Shown piece after piece: positions 44,199 through 53,564 of a stretch of 64,000 nt of DNA (positions within the stretch are counted from its first letter, which is position 1; each line of letters starts with the position of its first letter). The notes below the pieces were generated by a model. It searched no databases and had not been told where the DNA came from. It saw nothing but the letters and a program-made list of their open reading frames with translations. Location: the IMG/VR virus record IMGVR_UViG_3300026432_000013, positions 12,180 through 76,179 of that record; one strand, given 5' to 3'. Both the position numbers and the translations under genes were made by a program. This DNA comes from a virus. Lineage: Duplodnaviria; Caudoviricetes.

Positions 44199-46940
44199 AT
44201 GAATGCACAACCAGAGGTTAATATTGTTAATCCAACTACTAAGGAGAAGATACGTTTAGTAGAGAAAGAGGAAATACAGTATGTGACACTGGAGGTTATT
44301 CCTAGTAAGATGACGTCTAATGCAGGAGTTAGGTGGCTTATAACAGAGTTTGCAACACTGTTCACTCCACTAAACAGACGTATCAACTTTGCAGGTGGTA
44401 GACTGGTCTACACTCCAGAGATGAATATATGGTGGGAAGTAATAATACACAAAGGTCAGGTGAAGTTCTATCTGGTTATACCTGATAAAGACCACTTAAA
44501 GGATGCACTTACTAGGCAGATAAGAAGATGCTGGAAACGTTCTACAGTAAGGGAGGTGAAAGACCCTCTGCCTAATCTTCATATGGACAATACTAGTGTC
44601 ACCAAGATGTCCTTACAGAATCATCCAGCGCTATCCTTGGATGTAGAGAACCCTAAGTATACTCCATTGGACTCTATCTTGACGACTACTAACTATCTCA
44701 AGGATGAGGATTATGCGATACTCCAACTAGGGATGAGACCATTAGGGGAGTCTTGGAATGAGACTATGGTTGGAATCAGCGAAGATATCAAGGAAAAGAA
44801 CACCATTCCTAAGAAAAAAGGTACGATGTTTACATCAAAAAACGTCTTGGTGGGCTTGGCTAACGTTGTGGGTCTTGTTCTTGAAGAACTTATGAACATA
44901 GTAGGTGATTTCCTCATACCTGGCTGGGAGATGAATAGTGAGTTCAGAGACTCACTAAAGAGAAAGGCACATGAGGGACGTTCTAAATCATCATTACGTA
45001 AGAAGTATAGTGAAGGATTCAAGATTAACTTTAATGCAGTAGCTGTATCCGAGGATGAAGATAGACGTAGAGCTATCACAAGAAGCCTTACAGCAGGTTT
45101 CCACCCTCTAGAAGGGGATAATAAGATAGTGACGAAAGAAGTAGAGGGTAGAGACAAGGTGAAAGCCCTCAAGAATATTAGAGACCGTAAGATGGTTGTT
45201 AAGATGAATGGAGATGAGCTATGCTCCCTAGAATTAGCTAAGATAATACAGGTACCAGACCAAGTGTTACAGTTAGAACACCAAGGAGAGTTAGACACTG
45301 TTCAACATAGAAGTTTAGCAGATATACCTAAGGAGATATTTGAAGATGACGGTAAGGGTATACCGTTTGCGACATATGAAGACACAGATGGTGAAACTAA
45401 GACAGTATACTTCGCAGGAGACAACCCTAACCTACTGTGTATGTCACGTGTGGTAATAGGAGAGCCAGGTAGTGGTAAGTCCACATTTGCAGCTAGCTTT
45501 GCACTAGATGCACTGGAGAAAGGTTATGGGTCTATGGTAGTAGATGCAGCAGATGGTAAATTGGCACAGAGGATACTGAATCTAGTTCCACCAGATAAGA
45601 GGGATAAGGTAAAGATAATAGACTTGCTAAATTCAGAGAACCCTGTAGGGTTGGGCTGGAATGAAATATTCAGAGGTAGAAATACTGACGTTATTGAGGA
45701 TTTAATTACTGAAGAGATTCTGTCATACGTTGAGCTTGTAGCAGGTACAGAACTAAGCATGACATCTAGAATCTGGGTTGAGAATGCTGTACGTGCAGTG
45801 TACACTACTCCAGATGCAACGTTACAGGATATAGAGAATATGTTGAGTAATGCAGAATATCGTGCTAGTGTTATTCCTCATATTGATGACCCAGAGTTGC
45901 GTAGTGACTGGGAATACTTCCATGAGAAGATGTCTAAAGAGGACAGAAAAGCTATATATGAGCAAGCATTCAGACGTCTAGCAGTTGTAATGCGTAAGAA
46001 GGCTCTAAAGAGTTTCATACTTCAGAAGCCTAAAAAGGATGAGAATGGTGAATATCTAGTAGACTTCAGAAAGTGGATGGATGAAGGCTGTCTAGTATTA
46101 GTCAAGGCTAATGAAACACTAGGTGAAGAGAATCAGACCGCACTAGTATCATTCCTAATATCTAAGTTTAATTTGGCTATCATTAGTAGGGAAGATATTG
46201 AGGAGGAGGATGACCGTAAGCCATGCTTCATAGTACTAGATGAACCAGACCACTATATCAAAGGTAGTGAACGCTGGAGAAGTATGTTAACTCGTTATAG
46301 AAAGTATCGTTGTGGCTTAACATTTATGTTCCATGGATGGGAGCAGTTAAAAAAGGCGGATAGAGAGTTACCTAAGATGATACGTAAGGCTGGTCCACAC
46401 TATGTTATATTCCAAACAGATAGAGATAACTTGAAAGAACTGGAGTCTGTTATTCAACCAGAATTTAGCGTAGACCAAATATCAAAGGGTATGCCTAAGC
46501 ACCATGCAATCGTCAAGCTAAAGATGTACAATAAGAAGGGTGAAGCTACTCCACCATTTATGGTTAAGGCTATTAACGAGCCTGAAAAGAGATACAAGAA
46601 ATATGACAATAATGACTTATACGATATAAATGCAAGGCTTATGGGAAGACCAAAACAGGAAGTGCTGAATGAGTTGTTCAGATACAAGAACAATGCCGAG
46701 TTCTCTGTCGAACTAGTAGATGGAGAGGACAAAAAAGGCAAAACCCCACCAAAAAACACCCCTATTGAAATTGATGAAGATGAGCGTAGAGAACAACATG
46801 AAGAGGAACTGCGTACACTAGAGAAAGATGCTGGTGCACTAGTAACTAAGCTATTAGAGGATGGTGATGAGGAAGGTGCAGAGGAAATAATGGAATTACT
46901 AGAGGAAGTATTATCAGATGATGGATTGGAGGAAGGTTGA
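44199..46940 (+). CDS. Coupling-protein/VirB4/HerA-FtsK-type P-loop ATPase
   Basis: GEPGSGKST Walker A, VVDAADG, FIVLDEPDHY Walker B, RKYR..L..HGWEQL motif, acidic tail. Confidence 0.85.
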   Translation: MNAQPEVNIVNPTTKEKIRLVEKEEIQYVTLEVIPSKMTSNAGVRWLITEFATLFTPLNRRINFAGGRLVYTPEMNIWWEVIIHKGQVKFYLVIPDKDHLKDALTRQIRRCWKRSTVREVKDPLPNLHMDNTSVTKMSLQNHPALSLDVENPKYTPLDSILTTTNYLKDEDYAILQLGMRPLGESWNETMVGISEDIKEKNTIPKKKGTMFTSKNVLVGLANVVGLVLEELMNIVGDFLIPGWEMNSEFRDSLKRKAHEGRSKSSLRKKYSEGFKINFNAVAVSEDEDRRRAITRSLTAGFHPLEGDNKIVTKEVEGRDKVKALKNIRDRKMVVKMNGDELCSLELAKIIQVPDQVLQLEHQGELDTVQHRSLADIPKEIFEDDGKGIPFATYEDTDGETKTVYFAGDNPNLLCMSRVVIGEPGSGKSTFAASFALDALEKGYGSMVVDAADGKLAQRILNLVPPDKRDKVKIIDLLNSENPVGLGWNEIFRGRNTDVIEDLITEEILSYVELVAGTELSMTSRIWVENAVRAVYTTPDATLQDIENMLSNAEYRASVIPHIDDPELRSDWEYFHEKMSKEDRKAIYEQAFRRLAVVMRKKALKSFILQKPKKDENGEYLVDFRKWMDEGCLVLVKANETLGEENQTALVSFLISKFNLAIISREDIEEEDDRKPCFIVLDEPDHYIKGSERWRSMLTRYRKYRCGLTFMFHGWEQLKKADRELPKMIRKAGPHYVIFQTDRDNLKELESVIQPEFSVDQISKGMPKHHAIVKLKMYNKKGEATPPFMVKAINEPEKRYKKYDNNDLYDINARLMGRPKQEVLNELFRYKNNAEFSVELVDGEDKKGKTPPKNTPIEIDEDERREQHEEELRTLEKDAGALVTKLLEDGDEEGAEEIMELLEEVLSDDGLEEG

Positions 46941-47766
46941 TATGAAGGGTATCTATAAACGTCCAGAGGTGAAGCAGATAACTAGAGAGTGGGTTTATAA
47001 TAACTGCAACAACATTACAGAGAGGGACATGGGGTTGCTAAGGTTACTGGCTGATAAGAGGGTGCTAAAGAGAGACCAGATACAACGTCTTTACCCAGAA
47101 TTTGCTAGTACTGAGAGGCTTAACAATAGGCTGAAGATACTGTTCAACAAGCATGTGATAGATAGAATAGTTCCCCCTGTACCTTTGGGTCAGGGGAGTG
47201 CTCAACAGCACATATGTATTGACAGGGCAGGAATAATATTACTGGATATGGAACGATACAGTAAGCCAATCAAGTATGACTCTAATGGTCAGCGAATACT
47301 AGTAGACGGGTTTCACCACAGAGTTGCCATTAACGAATGTGAATGCTTGATAAGGGAAATTCTTAGAGACCTAGAGGGAGAGATGATATATTATGAGACG
47401 GAAGAGAAGTGCCACTTTAATGACAGTTTCATTAAGCCCGACATTGTTTGTGTATTTAAGTGTAAGGGTAAAGGATATGGATTCTGCATTGAGGTCGACA
47501 TGGGTACGGAGAGGCTACCAGTTATCAAGAACAAGATTGACAATTACAAAGATTACTACGTGTCCAAACAGTGGGCTAAGAAAGAATGGGCTAAAGTATT
47601 CAAAAATCCTACGTTTCCACGTGTTCTATTGTTAACAAGGGATAAGTTCACTAAAAGGGTTAATGACATGAGACACTATACCCACGGCTCGATGGTTAGA
47701 TTCTTGAGTGGCACACAGGAGGACTTCACAAGCATACTAAATTCAATATTAAAAGGTAGCCTGTAA
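46918..47766 (+). CDS. Replication-relaxation (Replic_Relax) family wHTH plus PD-(D/E)xK nuclease
   Basis: TERD..LL..L...VL..QI..RL..L wHTH; H..AIN; KPD..IEVDMGTE..KIDNY. Confidence 0.85.
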   Translation: MMDWRKVDMKGIYKRPEVKQITREWVYNNCNNITERDMGLLRLLADKRVLKRDQIQRLYPEFASTERLNNRLKILFNKHVIDRIVPPVPLGQGSAQQHICIDRAGIILLDMERYSKPIKYDSNGQRILVDGFHHRVAINECECLIREILRDLEGEMIYYETEEKCHFNDSFIKPDIVCVFKCKGKGYGFCIEVDMGTERLPVIKNKIDNYKDYYVSKQWAKKEWAKVFKNPTFPRVLLLTRDKFTKRVNDMRHYTHGSMVRFLSGTQEDFTSILNSILKGSL

Positions 47767-47780
47767 TGGGCTACCTTTTT
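47751..47780. terminator. Bidirectional terminator closing the island
   Basis: AAAAGGTAGCC..GGCTACCTTTTT. Confidence 0.85.
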
Positions 47781-47781
47781 G

Positions 47782-48630
47782 TTATGCATATAGTAGTCTC
47801 CCACATTTTCCACAAGTAGTTGGCTCTTGATTATCATAAGATATACCAAATGGTGGTTCTTCTGTGTGATACTCGGTAACGTTATGGTCTGGAAGGTCTA
47901 TGATATTTACTCGTCTTCCCTTAACAAACGTATCCAACTTGGACAGTATCTCTGCTTTACATCTAGGCTGATAGATTTCATGTTCGTCCAGTAAGTAGTA
48001 CTTCTGGATATGCTCCATGAACTTAGGGTTAATCATCTGCCATCGGTCTACCATTGCCTCTAGGAATTCAATAGTGAATGCTGGGAAGTCTACTGTAATA
48101 GAGGATACCAGATTCTTATTCATTTCCACTAGTTGTAATAAGTCTAATGGCTTCATTATGTGAGGGAAGTAGTCTACGTGACACGACACGAAAACCTTCC
48201 ACGCTTTTGCTATGAACATCATCTCCCTGATGTCTTTCATCTCGGAGGACTCCACCTGTACCAACTTCCGTGCAGAGTCATCTAGGGAATTAATAACAAC
48301 CCTCAAAGTTGAGCGGTTCTGTTCGCCCATCTTCTTAACAAGGTAGGTAGGTATCGCCTTCCCTGTCTTTAGAATCACTGGTGTATTGTTATCAAGCACT
48401 AAGTTAATCTTCTCTTCCCAGTTCGTCACTAGGTGAGTAAAGTATATAGGGTTAGGTAGATCCAACAGTAAGTAGTCTTTAAGGTCACCTAGAGACATTC
48501 TATCTCCGCACACCGCATATGCGTGGTCATTGTGCTTAATGATTTTTTGATTATAGCAGTTACAAAAAGATACAGATATAGGACTTCTATTTACGGAGAT
48601 AGGAGTCCTGATTATTTCATTGTTATTCAT
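47782..48630 (-). CDS. Degenerate radical-SAM (SPL/Rv2578c-like) protein (tentative)
   Basis: SP....FCNCY, ILKTGK, INSLDDSARKL..; lacks the full CxxxCxxC. Confidence 0.5.
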   Translation of the reverse strand: MNNNEIIRTPISVNRSPISVSFCNCYNQKIIKHNDHAYAVCGDRMSLGDLKDYLLLDLPNPIYFTHLVTNWEEKINLVLDNNTPVILKTGKAIPTYLVKKMGEQNRSTLRVVINSLDDSARKLVQVESSEMKDIREMMFIAKAWKVFVSCHVDYFPHIMKPLDLLQLVEMNKNLVSSITVDFPAFTIEFLEAMVDRWQMINPKFMEHIQKYYLLDEHEIYQPRCKAEILSKLDTFVKGRRVNIIDLPDHNVTEYHTEEPPFGISYDNQEPTTCGKCGRLLYA

Positions 48631-48689
48631 ATGTCTTACCTCCTGAAACTTAATGAAAGGGTGTACCCTGCTTGGCACACCCTTTTATA

Positions 48690-49151
48690 TTACTGGTACG
48701 ATTTCTTAAGATTCATAATCAGACGCATACGTGTGATAGAATCATTAGCGTAGTCTTTCCATTCTACATTACGCTCTGTTGCTAAGTCCTTCAGTGCCTC
48801 AAAGCTCATAGGCTTGAAGTCTGGCATATCTGCCGAATACTGGACAGGGTCTTTCTTCTTAGCTTCTGTTTTAGGTTTAGCAGGTGTACTAGCAGGTTTT
48901 TTCGGTGCTGGCTTGTCCGACTTTGTTGCAGGCTTAGTTGTTGCTTTAGTCTCCTTAGGAGTTTCCACTACAACCTTCTTCTCTTTCTTACGTGGTGTTG
49001 GGATATTAGCTCCCTCCATACGTGCCTTACACTGACCTCTTACATCACACTTCTGACATTCAGGTACACTCTCATCATGTGCAATACCAAAACAAGTACT
49101 TTCTTGTAACGCTTCTAATAATTTTGAGTCTATATTTCCAAAGAAACTCAT
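48690..49151 (-). CDS. SPO1 gp27 homologue
   Basis: MSFFG.ID.KLLEA..CFG..DESVPEC.KCDV...CKA..PDFKPMS..ERNVEWK.Y...ITRMRLIM. Confidence 0.9.
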   Translation of the reverse strand: MSFFGNIDSKLLEALQESTCFGIAHDESVPECQKCDVRGQCKARMEGANIPTPRKKEKKVVVETPKETKATTKPATKSDKPAPKKPASTPAKPKTEAKKKDPVQYSADMPDFKPMSFEALKDLATERNVEWKDYANDSITRMRLIMNLKKSYQ

Positions 49152-49185
49152 AACTACATTTCCCCCATTCACATGTAATCACTTA

Positions 49186-49217
49186 TAAAAGAAGTGATTT
49201 ATTTGATTTTTTCTCCT
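49186..49217 (-). promoter_or_regulatory. Middle promoter for the gp27 homologue
   Basis: TtAGGAGAaaA-16-TCTTTTA. Confidence 0.6.
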
Positions 49218-49231
49218 AAACTGCTATCTCT

Positions 49232-49873
49232 CTAGTACTGTAATGCCAACGGTGCTTTCTCCCTAATCTCTTGCATTACGTTGTCATACTGCTTACCTGT
49301 TAACCCTAAAGCTCGTTGTATATGTTTCATTCTAACTGTTGTGTCCTTAGGGATGTTAATACGTTTGCCCTGTGATTTAAGCATGTTCTTACGTGCAGTA
49401 TCAGCCCATACCTGGAATAGTGTTGCTTCACTAGGCTCAATAAGTTCTTCTAGGAACTCTCTTGATATCTCACTTAGCATATCCTTTAGCTTCTCCATGC
49501 CATTATCTCGGTACATTCTTTCTACTACATCATAGCCTTTGCTGTCTTCTATGTTTGTAAACGCATCTTCTAAGTCTATGTAGGTAAACTTGCTCCCTCC
49601 ACCTTTGTTGTCCATTTGTCTGTATAGAGACTTACGGAAGATAGGAGCAAATTCGTCCATGTCTTTATTCTCACCCACGCACCACTTATCCCAGCAATCA
49701 TACAACTTAATCATACCTTCTTGATACAAATCCTCTGCCGATAACATACCGTCCAATGTACTGTTCTGTGCTTTTTGTCTTGCTGCATACTTCACTAAGT
49801 TGTTGAACTGCTTGACTACTGCGTCCCAAGATAATTTAAGTGCTTCACCGTTTCTACATAGCTCGTTAGACAT
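49232..49873 (-). CDS. Middle-gene sigma factor, SPO1 gp28 homologue
   Basis: LKLSWD.V..QF.NL, EDLYQEG..KLYDCW.KWC..ENK.MDEF.PIFRKSL, MLKSQGKR.N.PK.TTV.MKHI. Confidence 0.93.
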   Translation of the reverse strand: MSNELCRNGEALKLSWDAVVKQFNNLVKYAARQKAQNSTLDGMLSAEDLYQEGMIKLYDCWDKWCVGENKDMDEFAPIFRKSLYRQMDNKGGGSKFTYIDLEDAFTNIEDSKGYDVVERMYRDNGMEKLKDMLSEISREFLEELIEPSEATLFQVWADTARKNMLKSQGKRINIPKDTTVRMKHIQRALGLTGKQYDNVMQEIREKAPLALQY

Positions 49874-49900
49874 ATTCAATTTTCCCCCAATTAGATATAA

Positions 49901-50179
49901 TTACTTCACGTTAATAATACGTTTGCCAACATCTTGTAAAGCTTTCCCCATCATTAGGGCTTGGCGACCTGTCATCATAAATCCCTTACCAGGTACCCAC
50001 TCACCGTCCCTACTCTCTCTCCACCACTTTTGAGCTGAAATACGAATGCCTAAGTTTTCATCCCTAACCATTAGTACTCTCAACTTCTGTGTGCTGGAGA
50101 TAGGGATTGACAAACAATCCTCTAGAATCTCAGCCTTTAACTCAGGTTTGTACTCTTGTACCTTCTTGTTGTTTTCCAT
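49901..50179 (-). CDS. PC4/YdbC-like ssDNA-binding protein (tentative)
   Basis: ISAQKWW...DGEWVPGKG pattern. Confidence 0.6.
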   Translation of the reverse strand: MENNKKVQEYKPELKAEILEDCLSIPISSTQKLRVLMVRDENLGIRISAQKWWRESRDGEWVPGKGFMMTGRQALMMGKALQDVGKRIINVK

Positions 50180-50234
50180 AATACCCTCTCCTTTTGGCTC
50201 TGGCTAACTGCCACTCGTTGGTGGCGTTGAATTC

Positions 50235-50263
50235 ATTTTTGCAATTTTGACACCTTTTGTCAA
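50235..50263 (-). promoter_or_regulatory. Sigma-A promoter of the gp28 operon
   Basis: TTGACA-17-AAAAAT with TG. Confidence 0.7.
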
Positions 50264-50351
50264 TCTCTCTTTCCTAGGGGTGGGGGAGACCCGATGTTCC
50301 TAGCTCAAGAGTAATAAAAAAGAAGAGGGGAAAACCCTCCCCTCTCCTGAC

Positions 50352-51044
50352 CTATTTAGGTAATTTACCTGCTTTCTTTAGAGCCATTATTGCGTTCATA
50401 CGGTCAATTGGATTATTGTTAGTCTTCTTCACGTCTAGTTTATTAGCAGCTACCATTTTGAATAAATCCTCTGTAGACAGGTCACCATATTTGGCTTTCT
50501 TTTTCTTACCCTCTTTAGGCTTAAACATCTCTGGGAAGAAGAAGCGTTGCATAGCCATTGAGATTCTCATACGATGGATATTAGCATGTTCTGTTTCTGT
50601 CCACGTTAGACCTAGTGCCTTAGCAAAGTACTCTACCGTTTGAGTATCAATGTCTTTATACCAATCCTTAAACTCCTTCAGTGCCTTAAATTCTGGTATA
50701 GCTTCTAAGATTTCCTCTTTAGTGTTGACAATATCCTCGGTTCTTACATAGTTTATTGGTTGTGGCTCATCATCCTCTTCCTCTACCGTTCCTACTTCCT
50801 CTTCCACTTCCTTAGCAATAGCTTCATCCGTCTTAGCTTTAAAGTTATCCCATTGCTCATCTTCAGTCTCAGCCTTGATACCATCACCCACCATCTCTGT
50901 ATTTACTAGTTTTACCTTACCTTCTAGTGCGCCACCCTCTTGAATATCACGTTTTAACACCTTTGGTACATTTAGTACTGCTGCTACAGCCTTTAAGTCT
51001 GGCACGTATTGTCCTTCTACCTCATACATTTGTTGATTAGTCAT
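50352..51044 (-). CDS. Fourth gp44-family paralogue (SPO1 gp25.1-like)
   Basis: YEVEGQ.V..LK.VA.VL.V..V.K N-terminus; NIHRMRISMA, KKKKAKYGDLSTEDL, RMNAIMALKKAG. Confidence 0.85.
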   Translation of the reverse strand: MTNQQMYEVEGQYVPDLKAVAAVLNVPKVLKRDIQEGGALEGKVKLVNTEMVGDGIKAETEDEQWDNFKAKTDEAIAKEVEEEVGTVEEEDDEPQPINYVRTEDIVNTKEEILEAIPEFKALKEFKDWYKDIDTQTVEYFAKALGLTWTETEHANIHRMRISMAMQRFFFPEMFKPKEGKKKKAKYGDLSTEDLFKMVAANKLDVKKTNNNPIDRMNAIMALKKAGKLPK

Positions 51045-51197
51045 CCTTCAACATCTCCTTTATACTCAATTTGGTTTTGGTTGATTGCTCAACTCTTGAT
51101 TTCATTTTTCCCGTCCTCTCAGAAAAAATAAAGAGACAAGCCAGTAGGAAAAGTAACCCATTTTCCCTATCAAGCTTGTCTCATCTTATCGAATAGG

Positions 51198-51722
51198 TCA
51201 CAGACTGTAAGCCTTGATGACGTCTTCCTTAGAAACATTGGCGATTAATTTATCCAACTCACAGATAACTCTTGCTTCTAATCCTTCTTTGTGTACCACG
51301 AAATTATTGAATGCGTTAAGCTCAAGTATACCATCGGTAATAGCATCAAAGTCAGCTCTAGTCATCATCACATAGTCCGTATCAAAGTTCTTGCTGAAGA
51401 TAACCATAGGCTTCTTATCTATTTTTGCAGCATCCCTAATACATTGTGTCCACCATTCTTCCATCTCACCAGTATTCTTTAGGAACTGCTCTAAAGACCA
51501 TCCCTCACGCTTCTTACACTCAATAGTAAAAGGAAATATTGAGTCAGGTGGTGTTACAATATCACCAGTAACTCGGTTATCCTTTTTCCACTGTAATCCA
51601 CCACTAGCAGGAGTGCGTTGGAACTGTTCACCCCACCAAGAGCCTAGAGCCTTAGCAATCTTACGCTCATACTCTGCACCCTTGTTTTTACTATTAATAC
51701 CCTTGCCACCTGTCTTAGCCAT
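51198..51722 (-). CDS. Holliday junction resolvase (Hjc-like)
   Basis: KGAEYER, RTPASGG, GDI, IECKKRE. Confidence 0.85.
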   Translation of the reverse strand: MAKTGGKGINSKNKGAEYERKIAKALGSWWGEQFQRTPASGGLQWKKDNRVTGDIVTPPDSIFPFTIECKKREGWSLEQFLKNTGEMEEWWTQCIRDAAKIDKKPMVIFSKNFDTDYVMMTRADFDAITDGILELNAFNNFVVHKEGLEARVICELDKLIANVSKEDVIKAYSL

Positions 51723-51796
51723 TTTCAAAACCCCCTTAAATTATACCCTTCTTAAACAAAGAAAATAGAGAGAGGATATCCTCTCTCTAATCTATG

Positions 51797-52549
51797 TTAA
51801 CCCTTACGGGGTAGGTATTTTTTAAGATAGTGTAACGCAAATGTGATAGCAAATGCACCAACTAAAGTAATAACAAACACTTCATGACTGATGTGTAGAC
51901 CAAACACACTTCCACCCATCTTAACTGCAATTGCAAGTATCAAGAAGTATGCAGTATTCTCTAGTTCTGGTACCTTTTCCATTAAGTATAGGAAGATGTG
52001 GGCTACACCACGCATCATCAGGATTCCTAACATACCACCAATTAGTAGTACCCAAACCTGTTCTGATACACCAAGTGCTGCTAAGATACTGTCCACAGAG
52101 AAAGCTATGTCCATGATTTCAACAGAGATAACTGTAGCCCAGAATACACCGAACCATTTTACTAGTATCCCACCCGTATTCATCTCATGGTTCTCTTCAC
52201 CTTCATTACCCTTCTTACGATAGTGGTCTATTACAATCCACAGTAAGTACAGAGCACCAATCAGTTTAACGTACCATAGCTTGATTAGTAGAGTTCCTAC
52301 TCCAATGAATAGGAATCGGAAGAAATAAGCACCAAGTAGTCCATAGAATAAAGCTTTCTTACGTTGTTCCTCTGGTAAGTGCCTTACCATGATAGCAAGT
52401 ACGAGGGCGTTATCTGCTGATAACAAGCCCTCAAGAATTACTAAACTAAGTATTAAACCCCAAGCTGATTTACTAGTAAGTACTTCTCCCCACATTTGCC
52501 AGTCAAAGAACTGTGCGTAGGTATCAAGTATATGTTGTAAGATTTCCAT
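51797..52549 (-). CDS. terC: TerC-family membrane protein
   Basis: LEGLLSADNALVLA, DIAFSVDSILAA, multiple TM helices. Confidence 0.93.
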   Translation of the reverse strand: MEILQHILDTYAQFFDWQMWGEVLTSKSAWGLILSLVILEGLLSADNALVLAIMVRHLPEEQRKKALFYGLLGAYFFRFLFIGVGTLLIKLWYVKLIGALYLLWIVIDHYRKKGNEGEENHEMNTGGILVKWFGVFWATVISVEIMDIAFSVDSILAALGVSEQVWVLLIGGMLGILMMRGVAHIFLYLMEKVPELENTAYFLILAIAVKMGGSVFGLHISHEVFVITLVGAFAITFALHYLKKYLPRKG

Positions 52550-52552
52550 ATA

Positions 52553-53221
52553 TTAGAAGTCCCCCTGTAGGCATAAGTTTTCTAGCTGATTCATTGAGTT
52601 ACCAACTGTAGATTTACCAATGGCACGGAAATTCCAGTCCCCATTACCATCACGGTACAATTCCGCTACAACGATACCTCTTTTATCCTTGAAGTCTGCA
52701 CCTAACTCGTAGCGCACAATTTCATTACCCTTTTCATCCTTAATACGGATATATGATCCAGGTACCCACCCAAAGTGACCATCCATAGGGGAGAATACAT
52801 TAGCAACAACGAACAGCTTATGCACATTAGGAGGTATCTTTTCAAAGTCTACATAGATTTCCTCATTGTCACTAGCACCCTTCTTATCATTACCTGTAAG
52901 GTCATCTCCAGCATGTCGTACTCCAGGAGCACGTAGATTACCATAGTACACTGTTGTCAGGCGTTGGTTAGTATCCTTAATCAGGAATACTGAAGAATCA
53001 ATGTCCATTTTAGGGGCACGTACAGGTTTATCAATCAACCCACCGCTTTCCCCTTTAAAAAAGGAAGAGAATTTTTGCATAAAGCTTTTTGCCTCTTCTT
53101 TAGAAGGTTTAGCATGGAGTACTTTCGCACCCCAGCTAAGACCAACTGTTACTGTTTTTAGACCATTATTGACTTCTTTAGACAGATTAATTGTTTGACC
53201 CTTGGACAGGTTTATCGGCAT
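52553..53221 (-). CDS. terD: TerD/TerZ-family protein
   Basis: INLSKGQ, VGLSWG, DIDSS, HAGDDLTG, DNEEI.VD, W.FRAIG. Confidence 0.92.
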   Translation of the reverse strand: MPINLSKGQTINLSKEVNNGLKTVTVGLSWGAKVLHAKPSKEEAKSFMQKFSSFFKGESGGLIDKPVRAPKMDIDSSVFLIKDTNQRLTTVYYGNLRAPGVRHAGDDLTGNDKKGASDNEEIYVDFEKIPPNVHKLFVVANVFSPMDGHFGWVPGSYIRIKDEKGNEIVRYELGADFKDKRGIVVAELYRDGNGDWNFRAIGKSTVGNSMNQLENLCLQGDF

Positions 53222-53564
53222 CCTTAGTTACCTCCTCTGGATTAGCTACCTCTTGTTTAGTTGGAACACCATACATTTCGTTGTAGATAGGTACACCAAT
53301 TTTATTCAGTTCATCCTCTGTAGCAAGACCCTTTTGCAATACCATTTCTGTAAGGGTTTTCACTTGGATAAACATAGTACGCATTTGCTCCATTAAAGGC
53401 TCTTGTGACTTGATAACCATATCACGTGCTTCTTCACGTGTAATCATGCCATTCCAGTAAGCTTTCTGCTTCTGAATCTCTTTCTCCTTACGCTTAATCT
53501 CTTGTTGTCTCTGTTGCTTTAGTTTCTTCTCATCAATGTTTTTACCTTTGTTTATTACTGTCAT
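53187..53564 (-). CDS. Coiled-coil hypothetical protein
   Basis: ORF with SD GGAGATG. Confidence 0.7.
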   Translation of the reverse strand: MTVINKGKNIDEKKLKQQRQQEIKRKEKEIQKQKAYWNGMITREEARDMVIKSQEPLMEQMRTMFIQVKTLTEMVLQKGLATEDELNKIGVPIYNEMYGVPTKQEVANPEEVTKDADKPVQGSNN

